Of a stretch of 64,000 bases of DNA, positions 1 to 10,000 are shown piece by piece. This DNA is from a virus. Taxonomy: Duplodnaviria; Heunggongvirae; Uroviricota; Caudoviricetes. Each line of letters begins with the position of its first letter. Positions within the stretch are counted from its first letter, which is position 1. Under the pieces are notes generated by a model, which did no database searches, had not been told where the DNA came from, and saw nothing but the letters and a program-made list of their open reading frames with translations. The position numbers were made by a program, and so were the translations under genes. Where the stretch lies: the IMG/VR virus record IMGVR_UViG_3300040801_001810, positions 102,194 through 166,193 of that record, one strand, 5' to 3'.

Positions 1-35
1 ATAGACATAGAGGGAGTACTATATGGATAAGACAT
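1..35 (-). CDS. 5' start of next gene (partial, runs off window), begins MSYPYSTPSMS
   Basis: ATG at 35-33 with GGAG SD at 44-41, directly after the stop of the 698 aa ORF. Confidence 0.6.
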   Translation of the reverse strand, partial: MSYPYSTPSMS

Positions 36-44
36 GTTATCTCC

Positions 45-2141
45 TTACAAATCTACGTTGTTGTATGCTTCTCTAAGCAAAACTTTTAACTCATTATCAT
101 AAGATGACTGAATTAAAGCATAATCATAAGCAAGTTTATAACGGTATAAGCCGCTTGCATTATAATAATCAGCTACGAATATAGATCCATCTTCGTATGC
201 TGTTATATCTGTTGGATAGTAATTGCCTGAAGTAAGTACACATTCTTTTGGTCCACCAGATGTCCCAGGCTTCTTTATATAGTTATAGAATAAGTCATTG
301 TTACTATACCATAGTAATTTACCTAAAGCCGATCCACTTGGAACTGCTGATCTATTAGTAACATCAGATGTTTGATAATCACTAGCTGTAATATATACAT
401 TATCTTTATAGGCAAGAACGCCTCTTAGATCGTATTTAGTATTTATATCTGTGCAAATCCATTGAAAATATCCCTGTTCATTTTCGGCAAGTAATTCAAT
501 ATTAGGATCATCTTCTCTTCTAAATCTATAGTAGTCTCCATCAACCGTAATATAGATTAAACCAGACGGCTTAATAAATGTCTTTGTTGGAATAGAGCTT
601 AGTAAAGGATATTCATTTATATTCTCGCCAGTAAAAGTATTCTGTTTAATTAATGATTGATTGCCACCATCTACTATCCAGTTAATAGTCTCAACTGGAG
701 AAGATAAATTAGAATCATATGCTATTCCTCTATAATCAATATTATTATATACTTTAATATTTTCTTTTACAATTCCTTCAAATAGAACCGATGTAAATGA
801 CTCACTAGTTAGAAAGTTTTGAATAATATCTTCTATATTAATAATAGATCGGGGAATAATATAATTATTATGCTTATCTATCTGAGTTGATTGTATTTCT
901 TTATAATCCCAATCCCATGGATGCATATCTATATCATTAATGTCAGGATCAAATGCAGGTTGTGTCTGAACATTACGTTGACTAAACAATGCATTTCCAT
1001 ATATTTCATATGCAAGCGTTCCAAAGTTAGCCTTCGTTTCAGCAAACTTAATCTCTTTACCATAATCACTAATAACTATAGATGATCCTTGGCTATATAT
1101 GTATGGAATAAATTCATTAATAGAAATCATTCCTTTATAGTCATAGAATTTTACTTGACCTGGTTGAGTTTGAATAGTAACACCACTGGCAACAGCAGGA
1201 TTTTCAACATGCTCAACACAAGGAGAACCTCCAGTAATCTCAAACTTTAGTCGATAGTCACCATAAGTAGGATTATTAAATTTAGGATCAGCTTCAATAT
1301 TATTTGTGCCACTTATATTAACCGTATCAGAATATCCTGATGGATATATATTAGAATTGGAAATATGTGACGATGCCGCAGCGGTACCACTTAGTTGCAT
1401 TAGTATTGTTTTATCAATATAAACACTATCGCCATCAATTAGATTAAAGCTATTTGAAGTAGTCTTGTCTAATGTAATAATACCAGAAGTAGAGTATATA
1501 TCATAAGAATTATCATATAACAACGATTCAGATATACCAACAGTTCCTAGATTTGAGTATACCCCATATGTATTATGATGTATAAAAGACTCATCTATAT
1601 TAATGCTAGAATTATTAACATAAATTCCTGAGTTAAAATTAGATATAATCGAATTAGAAATATTAGCATAACTGGTTGAGTATAAAAAATATTGTCCGCT
1701 TGTTCCTAGAGCAGATACTTTATTTAAGATTACGCTGCCTTCGTTATAGATACCATCTGTGAATGATAATAATTGAACATCATCTAACATTAATCCAAAT
1801 CCACTTGACACGACAAAACCTGGACCAGATACTCCAGAGTTAATAATATCCATATTCTTAATTGTAAGAGAAGGAGATAATTGATCTAGATAATTTCCAC
1901 TAACCCCATCAATAGCTGAGGTTAAGTATAAGCTACCATAATCTCCTTGAATAGTAAATATTCCACTATAAGGTATGGTACCAACAAGAGTCCCAGAGTA
2001 TACTCCACTATCAACAAGCATAAGATAGTCAGTAATCTCGCCAGACATAGATAATCCACTAGCTAACATTGCTGTAAAGCCTGTTTCTATATCAGCATAG
2101 TCCCCAGTACCGTTCTCATATATGTGCTTAATTAACGTCAT
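45..2141 (-). CDS. Tail fibre/spike-like protein: parallel beta-helix plus C-terminal beta-propeller-like repeats
   Basis: 698 aa; Ser/Asn/Ile-rich beta-helix rungs (ISNSIISNFNSGIYVNNSSINIDESFIHHN) closed by EADPKF..GDYRL..GSPC cap motif; NHL-like YPTDITAYEDGSIFVADYY near the C-terminus; lies downstream of the baseplate wedge genes. Confidence 0.6.
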   Translation of the reverse strand: MTLIKHIYENGTGDYADIETGFTAMLASGLSMSGEITDYLMLVDSGVYSGTLVGTIPYSGIFTIQGDYGSLYLTSAIDGVSGNYLDQLSPSLTIKNMDIINSGVSGPGFVVSSGFGLMLDDVQLLSFTDGIYNEGSVILNKVSALGTSGQYFLYSTSYANISNSIISNFNSGIYVNNSSINIDESFIHHNTYGVYSNLGTVGISESLLYDNSYDIYSTSGIITLDKTTSNSFNLIDGDSVYIDKTILMQLSGTAAASSHISNSNIYPSGYSDTVNISGTNNIEADPKFNNPTYGDYRLKFEITGGSPCVEHVENPAVASGVTIQTQPGQVKFYDYKGMISINEFIPYIYSQGSSIVISDYGKEIKFAETKANFGTLAYEIYGNALFSQRNVQTQPAFDPDINDIDMHPWDWDYKEIQSTQIDKHNNYIIPRSIINIEDIIQNFLTSESFTSVLFEGIVKENIKVYNNIDYRGIAYDSNLSSPVETINWIVDGGNQSLIKQNTFTGENINEYPLLSSIPTKTFIKPSGLIYITVDGDYYRFRREDDPNIELLAENEQGYFQWICTDINTKYDLRGVLAYKDNVYITASDYQTSDVTNRSAVPSGSALGKLLWYSNNDLFYNYIKKPGTSGGPKECVLTSGNYYPTDITAYEDGSIFVADYYNASGLYRYKLAYDYALIQSSYDNELKVLLREAYNNVDL

Positions 2142-4414
2142 TATTGAACCTCATAGTAGACTTTAAAGAAATCTATATCTACAGAACAATTTTTAAATAT
2201 CTGCAAGTAAGTAGAAGATACCGTATCTGCTGTTGTAGTTGAGAGAATAAGTCTAATTTCACTAAATCCTACGCTTAATTCGCTCTTATAGTATAACTTG
2301 AATGTTGGAACAGAAGAGGATAAATCATCTGCTACATATCGTAGAATAAACTCTTTATGTATATTATCAAATGTAATATTATCTGACGAATAGAATGTAT
2401 AGTCCCCACTCTTAATAATTATTCTACCTGACTTCTCTACTGTAAGTGTAAGATATTTATCTAAAGTCGTATCCTGTATTTGAATTAAAGTAGCATTTTG
2501 TTCAGACTTTAGTTTAAATCCTAGATGGAAAAATGTATAGTCTTTAAGAATAGATAGATTATTAATGTAATAGAATGAATCTTGACCAGTTATAATCTTC
2601 TTTCCATAGTAGCTTCCATAGTTAATCTGATATAGAGTTCCAGAACCATTATAAATAAATTGATTCGAGTTGCCTGTTAGATCTAATTCGGTAGCAGTAC
2701 CAGATACAACTGGTTGATCAAAGTTACAATTAACAAGATAGTTTCTAAGATTAGTCGATTCTTGAGGAACAAAGTCGTCTGAATATCCAATATATTGCTC
2801 ATTAGCATTTAAAGAGAAAAAGCTATCTAATAAGCTGGACTTCAACATTAAAGGTATATCAAAATCAATCTTGTATAAATATTTATATGGTCTTGTAGTT
2901 AACCCATCAAACGTAATTATCTTACTCTGTTGATTAGCCTCAATTAAATGAGGATTTCTAGTAAACTCAAAAGGGACTTGTTGTAGATTACCACTGGTTA
3001 CATCTACTGTATATATTGGACTAATGCTTTCATTAGATACAAATCCATTTGATTCCAGAGACGATATATATTTAGATTTATTATGAGACTTATATTTATA
3101 TTCTACCATATACCTAGTTTGAGGATTAGTAATAGATATCTTATTAGTTATATCTCCACTTCCATTTACAAATTGTAATGTACCAGGATCAATCTGGGCA
3201 CCATCATTAATATATTCCCATGATATAGTTTTAAATAATGTCGTTGGTTTTCCTTGAGAGTATTCGCTAAATCCATTTCCACTTGGAACAGAAGTCTCAT
3301 AACCAAGATATATTGGATCAAACATTGTTCCAGAATAGGTACCAGAACTACCTACAAACATTCTATCAGATTTATAGTAATATATTGGTTTACCAGAAGC
3401 TGGTATTTCAGTTGCATTCCCAGATAGATCTAGTATATCTATATCATATAATTTTAGTGTACCACTAATAGGAGTATGTTCTAAATCTAGGTACGCTATA
3501 TTGTAATTACCATATCCATATGGATTATTCTTAGCAGTTCTATAGAAAACCTTTGTCCCATTATCATCATAATAATATGTTCCAGAATAATCAACTACAG
3601 CTACTACATCTCCTGTCTCATTTCTAGTCCATCCATGGTAAGGAGTATAGTGATCGATTGACCATATTATTCCACTATTATCTGTTACCTCTCTATGAAG
3701 AGGGTATAGTCCACTTAAAGTTCTTTCTGTAATAGGATCAAGTACTTCATACTTTCCGTTCTTCTCAAAGCTTTGATCTTGAATCCCAGTAAGGAAACCA
3801 TATCTTCTGTCGAAATCAGAGAATGTTTGGAAGTTAGTATTGACATCTAGTCTATGTGCACTCCACATATTATTTTGATAAGAAGTTACCTGATCATCAT
3901 CAGAAAATATAACAAAGTAACCAGACCCTCTTTGATTAGCTCTAAAGTATTCTAGTCCGATAATACCAGAAACATTGGACCAGCACTGTGTATAAAATCC
4001 ACTAACAAAACTATTGTCTTGGTGATAGCTACCTACATAAGCTCCAGAGTAAATTGGAAATTGATATCGTTTAAGATATCTTACTCTAGTTGGAGATCCA
4101 TTATAAAATTCATCATCATTAGTTACTTTAATATTAATACTAGAATCACCATTTAGATATTGGGTATTAGGTGTACCAGAAACATCTACTTGATATAGTT
4201 CGTAGTCTTTTGATACGTCGAACGTATCTATAAAAGAGTCATTATAAACTTGCTGTGAACGACGATGCGCTTCATCAAATTCAACACCATAAAGCAAATT
4301 AATATATTTAAATCCATTGGACTTTATATCATTAACGATCTTAAAGTTCTCAGGAAAAACAGCTTTTAGAATTCTTTGAGTACTCTTTGCTTGTATCGGT
4401 TTTTTAGTATTCAT
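2141..4414 (-). CDS. Baseplate wedge/fibre-attachment protein with C-terminal LamG-like domain
   Basis: Follows the J-like gene; start probably ATG 4414 (TAATG overlap) rather than 4426; N-terminus resembles gpI/gp7-type wedge helices; C-terminal CNFDQP..DLTGNSN..FFHLGFKLK resembles concanavalin-A/LamG. Confidence 0.5.
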   Translation of the reverse strand: MNTKKPIQAKSTQRILKAVFPENFKIVNDIKSNGFKYINLLYGVEFDEAHRRSQQVYNDSFIDTFDVSKDYELYQVDVSGTPNTQYLNGDSSINIKVTNDDEFYNGSPTRVRYLKRYQFPIYSGAYVGSYHQDNSFVSGFYTQCWSNVSGIIGLEYFRANQRGSGYFVIFSDDDQVTSYQNNMWSAHRLDVNTNFQTFSDFDRRYGFLTGIQDQSFEKNGKYEVLDPITERTLSGLYPLHREVTDNSGIIWSIDHYTPYHGWTRNETGDVVAVVDYSGTYYYDDNGTKVFYRTAKNNPYGYGNYNIAYLDLEHTPISGTLKLYDIDILDLSGNATEIPASGKPIYYYKSDRMFVGSSGTYSGTMFDPIYLGYETSVPSGNGFSEYSQGKPTTLFKTISWEYINDGAQIDPGTLQFVNGSGDITNKISITNPQTRYMVEYKYKSHNKSKYISSLESNGFVSNESISPIYTVDVTSGNLQQVPFEFTRNPHLIEANQQSKIITFDGLTTRPYKYLYKIDFDIPLMLKSSLLDSFFSLNANEQYIGYSDDFVPQESTNLRNYLVNCNFDQPVVSGTATELDLTGNSNQFIYNGSGTLYQINYGSYYGKKIITGQDSFYYINNLSILKDYTFFHLGFKLKSEQNATLIQIQDTTLDKYLTLTVEKSGRIIIKSGDYTFYSSDNITFDNIHKEFILRYVADDLSSSVPTFKLYYKSELSVGFSEIRLILSTTTADTVSSTYLQIFKNCSVDIDFFKVYYEVQ

Positions 4415-5670
4415 TATAGTGCGCAACAGTTAATTAGTCCAGAATCAGAGTACCACTTCTGATTGTATTTTGCTTTTTGATTAGAGAATCGTAAAGCTAC
4501 TTGTCTATTATTTACTTTGGTAAAAGAATTATATTCCCCATATTTAAATACTCTTGGTATAACATCTTGAATGCCCTCTATAGATAGAACTGTAGATATT
4601 ATTCTATTCCAAACTATTTCGCCGCCAATTGGAAGATCATTTATATATTGTATAACAGCTGATCTTGCTTGCGATCTAAGAGTATTAATATCTCCAGCAC
4701 CTGGTTCGCCTAATATAGCAAAGTCAAGTTCTACTCCAAGATACTCAGGAACAGTTACATATATGATATCTCCATATGATAATTCTTGTTGAATCTTTTC
4801 TGTTACTACATTAATTAGGCCATTCGAAACTAATGGCGAGACTCCGTCAATAATGATACTAACAGTTCCATTACCATATTTATTCTTTTCAAATATTACG
4901 TCTCTAACTCCTGGAACAGAAAGAGCCGTTCTTCTAATTGATAATTCATTAGTTCTAATAGCTGATCTAGCTGTAGAAATTTTATATCTAAACTCCTCAT
5001 CAGTCATGGAATACTTTCCATTCTGAATTGGATATCTATTGGAGCATTTAATATATTGAGATATCTTTCTTAATTCTGGAATACTTTGAATTAAATGTGA
5101 TACTAATGTATTAGTTTGTATGTTGGATGATGGGCCAGATATAGTAGCCACTACTCCAACGTATGCTTCTGTAGAGGCACCTATAATAGCAGGACCTATA
5201 GATGTATAGGAAGTAGCACCATCAAAAGTTTGAATAGTAGTACCTTGAGGAATTATTAGTGTATCTGGATCACCATTTACATCGTTAGAAATGAATCCCT
5301 TATCTAATAAAATTCTTCTTTCTTCTGCGGTATAGCTTCTCTTGATTAGAGTAGGAACAGTCCAGTTTAGCCTTGGATCTATATAGAAGTAGAAGTTTGA
5401 AGTAGAGTAGTCAGAGGCTATGATAGCGGAATCTCTTAATTCGCCAACTAGGTATCCGATCTTATCAAGACTTAAGCCTGCCGCTTTAGTAGGGTCAATT
5501 GAATTATATATGAATTCAATATTATCATACATTTTTTCTAGTTCAATACCAAGTATGTCAATTAATCCTTTTGAAATACCTTGAGAGTTAAAGTTGTTAA
5601 CTGGAGTATTATTTTCTAGACGAGTTTTCCCATCTTGAACGATACTTAAATAATTTCTTCTATTAGGCAT
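4414..5670 (-). CDS. Baseplate J-like wedge protein (gpJ/gp6/XkdT family)
   Basis: 418 aa; MTDEEFRYKI, ALSVPGVRDV, GNGTVSIII, VLSIEGIQDV motifs typical of Baseplate_J; sits next to the gp25-like gene. Confidence 0.85.
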   Translation of the reverse strand: MPNRRNYLSIVQDGKTRLENNTPVNNFNSQGISKGLIDILGIELEKMYDNIEFIYNSIDPTKAAGLSLDKIGYLVGELRDSAIIASDYSTSNFYFYIDPRLNWTVPTLIKRSYTAEERRILLDKGFISNDVNGDPDTLIIPQGTTIQTFDGATSYTSIGPAIIGASTEAYVGVVATISGPSSNIQTNTLVSHLIQSIPELRKISQYIKCSNRYPIQNGKYSMTDEEFRYKISTARSAIRTNELSIRRTALSVPGVRDVIFEKNKYGNGTVSIIIDGVSPLVSNGLINVVTEKIQQELSYGDIIYVTVPEYLGVELDFAILGEPGAGDINTLRSQARSAVIQYINDLPIGGEIVWNRIISTVLSIEGIQDVIPRVFKYGEYNSFTKVNNRQVALRFSNQKAKYNQKWYSDSGLINCCAL

Positions 5671-5680
5671 ATTGTCTCCG

Positions 5681-6208
5681 TTATTGAGTATTGTAGTTTT
5701 CTTTTATACTCTTCCAATATTTATTAGGGACTTTCATATTAGATATGTCATTAACTCGTAATGCTTGAGATGATTTAATAGGAGTAGTTCTAATATCTCT
5801 CCTATCTAATTTCTTGAATCCATTTATAAAGTCGAAGGTAAAAGGAATAGATGTGATTTCTGAATTCTGTACAAATATATCTATAAATATAGCAACTGCA
5901 TTGTAGTCTGTAGGAACAATTCTAACAGCTAATTGGCCAGGAAGAACAGTTGCTTGTAAGTTCTTTTGTAGGTAGTTTTGCATTTCTAGTGCGGTCTCAC
6001 GACTATTTTGTTCGCCTATAAATTTTTCAGGAGTAGCACCTATAGTAGGATCGGCTTTCCAGTCTCCCTGAATGGTAATTAATAATTTATATACTTCTCT
6101 CTCTATATAGTCGATACCAGAGGTAAGCATGAGATCACCGTTTTCAAAATAAAAATCAGTGTCATACCCAAGTAAAACATCAGTCATTCCAGAATAAGCT
6201 TCTGCCAT
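5681..6208 (-). CDS. gp25/gpW-like baseplate wedge (sheath initiator) protein
   Basis: 175 aa; DFYFENGDLMLTSGIDYIEREV..LITIQGDW..DPTIG pattern; lies between the spike and J genes. Confidence 0.75.
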   Translation of the reverse strand: MAEAYSGMTDVLLGYDTDFYFENGDLMLTSGIDYIEREVYKLLITIQGDWKADPTIGATPEKFIGEQNSRETALEMQNYLQKNLQATVLPGQLAVRIVPTDYNAVAIFIDIFVQNSEITSIPFTFDFINGFKKLDRRDIRTTPIKSSQALRVNDISNMKVPNKYWKSIKENYNTQ

Positions 6209-6209
6209 T

Positions 6210-7004
6210 TTAACCCACTAAGTCTTTGATTTTACCAAGCTTAGAAACAACGTCTCTAACCTTTTTACCACCCTCGGCTATCTGTACAAATTTTGCCATG
6301 TTTGGTAATTCTGGTATAGCAACTGCTCCAGTTGGAATAGTAGAAGGGATAAATCTTTGTAAGAAGTTATCTGCCATCCACTCTCGTTGGTGTTCTGAGG
6401 ACTCCCATCCAACACTTCCAGCAATATAGACTCCTTCTTCACCAAGAGCTATGGATCCACCAGCTGATTTAATTAAGATAGCCCCATCCGTATTTATAAA
6501 TATACCTACATTTTTATCGCCTAAATCCTCTTGACCTTCAGTAGCAGATTGTTGATTTTTAGCGTTACTACTAGTATAGTCCTTATTAGTAGGCGGGGTA
6601 AGAGCCATGGCTACCTTTTCTAAATCTAACATACTGATCTTACTAATCGAAAATGTTGACCCTCCACTATTAGCGTTAGTACTTGAAGATGACTGATTTA
6701 AAGGCAATACATATACAAACCCTAAAGGAAGATCTGCTAGTGTTCCTTCTTCATCAAGTATGCCTGGAATAAAACTAAGTCGCTCTTCATCTATACCAAA
6801 ATCTGATATAGCTTCATCATGTGTTGCAACAACTGCAACATGTCTTTTAGGGTGCGGAACTTCTGCTCCTCCTAAGTACTTGAAATCAAAGAACTTACCA
6901 TTAAATTCTATTCTAACTATTCTATGAAATTGATTATAGTAATTAGTAGCTGCAATTTTAGCACCAAACTGTTTAAACTGATATCTATTATCAGAATCGT
7001 ACAT
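6210..7004 (-). CDS. Baseplate central spike (gpV/gp45-like)
   Basis: 264 aa; OB-fold-like N-terminus, short beta-repeat GIFINTDGAILIKSAGGSIALGEEGVYI; position after the hub. Confidence 0.55.
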   Translation of the reverse strand: MYDSDNRYQFKQFGAKIAATNYYNQFHRIVRIEFNGKFFDFKYLGGAEVPHPKRHVAVVATHDEAISDFGIDEERLSFIPGILDEEGTLADLPLGFVYVLPLNQSSSSTNANSGGSTFSISKISMLDLEKVAMALTPPTNKDYTSSNAKNQQSATEGQEDLGDKNVGIFINTDGAILIKSAGGSIALGEEGVYIAGSVGWESSEHQREWMADNFLQRFIPSTIPTGAVAIPELPNMAKFVQIAEGGKKVRDVVSKLGKIKDLVG

Positions 7005-10000
7005 TAGCTTCCTCCTGCGATTGCTTCAGGTATGGATCCAACAATACCTAGTAAGCTAGACTTAAAGTTTTCTGATGGTTCAGGTGTAAAAGGAAGTCCT
7101 GGAATACTCCATAAGATACCTCTGTACTCATCTGGGTTAAAATTAGTTGTTATATTTGCTTTCAATGGATCACTAAATGCAGCAAACCTGGCAATAGGAC
7201 TCTTAACACCTAACACATTATGATTCATCAATGTCTTCAAGTTAGTATAATCTACTCCATTGAATCCTGCAACATAAGGAACTCCATGATACACTAATGC
7301 TGTAAAGTTAATACAGTCTCTTCCAAGAATATTACCCATCATATCATATAGAAACTTATGATTTTTTTTGTATGCATTAACAGTATTATTCCAGAAGATC
7401 GATAAGCCAGTTAAAGCTCCAACTCCCCCACCTATGAAATTACCCCCAGCGGCAGAAATTCCACCAGCTGTAGCAATACCTGCTCCTACTCCAGCAAACA
7501 CTAATTGACTACGTTTCCTCGAGATATAGAAATCATAAATCTGATTGATAATCTGGACGTCCTGTAATTGAATTGGATTCCTATCATAAGTAACTAGGTT
7601 AGGAGTTATGATTGTTCTAAATCCTCGTTCAGGAGTAAACGAATGTATAACTTCTTCTACTTCTACTGTTCCAATCATATCATTTAACCTATCATCGATA
7701 TGAAGTATATCATAAGGCTGGATACTAGTATCACCAATAATTTCAATAGTTCCTTGATACATCTTTTCTACTTCTTGTTGTAGAAGACGCACAGCTACCA
7801 TTACAAATGATGGGAAGTACTGCCAATTAGGAATGTCTTTATTTTTATCAGATGATCCTAAATATTTATTGATCTTTTTAGCAGAGTCTTCTTCATCTCT
7901 AATTCTTCTAAATTCTTTAAAGAACTTATCGTTCTTCTTAGTAATATCAAACCAATTAGCATCTATATTCTTTTGATAACTATTAAGCGGTCTTGTGTGT
8001 TCGTCTCTTAGATCTCCAAATGCCTTAGTCTGCCACAGTTGTAATTTCTTAGATATGAATGCATCACTCATATCACCCAACCTAGCTGAAGTTAATTTAG
8101 GTTCATTAGTATAATATAGATTAACAGCATTAGCAAAATTAGAACTTAATGCGATGTTATTAGATATTAAGTTGGTAACATCCGAAATTAAATGGTGAGA
8201 TTGGATCTTCTTATATTGCGGATCCTTAGCTAGCTGTGGATCGATATTGTCAGTTATACTTTTAACATTATAGAAATCCTCAGCTGATAGAGATGTATTT
8301 ACTTTAGGTCCCCAATTGGCAAACATTAAATCATATAGATTATGCACTGCTAAGCTAAACTTTTTTGCAAGTTCTTTATCAGTTTTAAAATCAAAAGTAT
8401 TTATATCGTCTTCATCTACTGATGAGTATTCGGCAAACTGTAATAATGCTGTTATAGTTTCTCCAAATGCATTTGGAAGAGAAGAGTTATTACCAAGTAA
8501 ATTAGATAATGTTTCCATTAAACTATCATTTGCTCCAGCAAGCTCTGTATTCTTTAATATATGCTGTGATAAAACTAACGCATTTAATCTTTTTTGTAGA
8601 TAAGTATATACAATTTTATATTCAGGTTTAATAATTAGAGGATTAATTAATCCACCAGTAAAGAAACTAGCAATAGATATATTATCAGGCAATGAAATAT
8701 TTTTAATAGTATTTAGAACAGAAGGTAACTGTTCAATACTTTGTTCGATTTGTTTAATGTTTAATGACGATAAAGCAAATGCGTCGGTGTATTTATAATA
8801 TCCAGATTTTTCACCTATAACTAGAGTCTCTCTATATTGTTTCTTTTTAGATATACGGTCATCATTAAATGATCTAACTACAGGAATTGTATCTCTATGA
8901 TATAAACATAGTTCTTTCATTGCTTCCCATACACTCTGATCAAAAATCACCCAATCAAAAGTTGGTTTATGATACTTTGATAGAATATGACTGTAAGGTA
9001 GATATATATTTTCGTCTCTTGGATTATCTTGAGCAAATACATTAGCAGTTGCTCCACCTAAAAGATTACTCATTAAGAACTTATCAGCAAGCTTTCCTCT
9101 GCTATTTTTAATATTTCTTCCAGTGAAATCTCCATGAGTAACAGAACCAAGAGTTGATATCTTTCCTAGATTTTCTAGACCAGGGATCATATCAAGAATA
9201 GATGACGCTACATCTCCGTGATCTTTTGTAGTAGATAAAAGACCAAACTTATGTGCAACAACATGATGATTTAACTGAGCGCCGTAGCTTTGACATACTA
9301 GCTCAACAACTGGACCTGAAGTCATTTCTATTATTCTACCTTGGAAAGCAATATCTAGTAAAGAGTCATGAGGACCATATCCCATTTTAATTAATATAGA
9401 TGTCCCAGGCTTAATATCTAAGGTACCAAAAAATAAGTTATCATCATTACTAGGAGTATTTAGATTGCCAGCAAAATCAGATCTTTCTCTAAATAGACTT
9501 AGTCTATCAGTAAGAGTATTAGTGACGTTACTTAATCTAATGATTGCTGTTTTACCAGCTGAGCTTTTATTAGATACAATTTCAATTGATTGTATTGCGT
9601 CATAGCTGAAGTAGTCGTCTAGATTTTTAGGATAGAATGTTTTATCTTCTTCTATAAAATAGATCTTAAATGCAGGAAACATCTTAATAGTTGTATCTTT
9701 GCGTTTAAGTCTTTGATCCATAAATTGCTTTAACATTTCAGTTTTTCTATCGGCAGCTTCTTTGCTTCTAAAGTTCCAGAACTTTAAAAACTGTAGCTCT
9801 GGTAAGCTGTCAAAGTTTAAGTTAGGTGTAGGATTTAAATTATACTCATGAATAAAAGTATTTAATCTAATATAATATCCTATTTTATTATATAAATAAC
9901 TTTGAATATTCTTAATATCAGGAAGAGATAACCAATTTTCTTCTGTTGATGAGGCTAGTCCTGATCTCATTTTAGAAGCAATTTCTTTTATAATAGTTTT

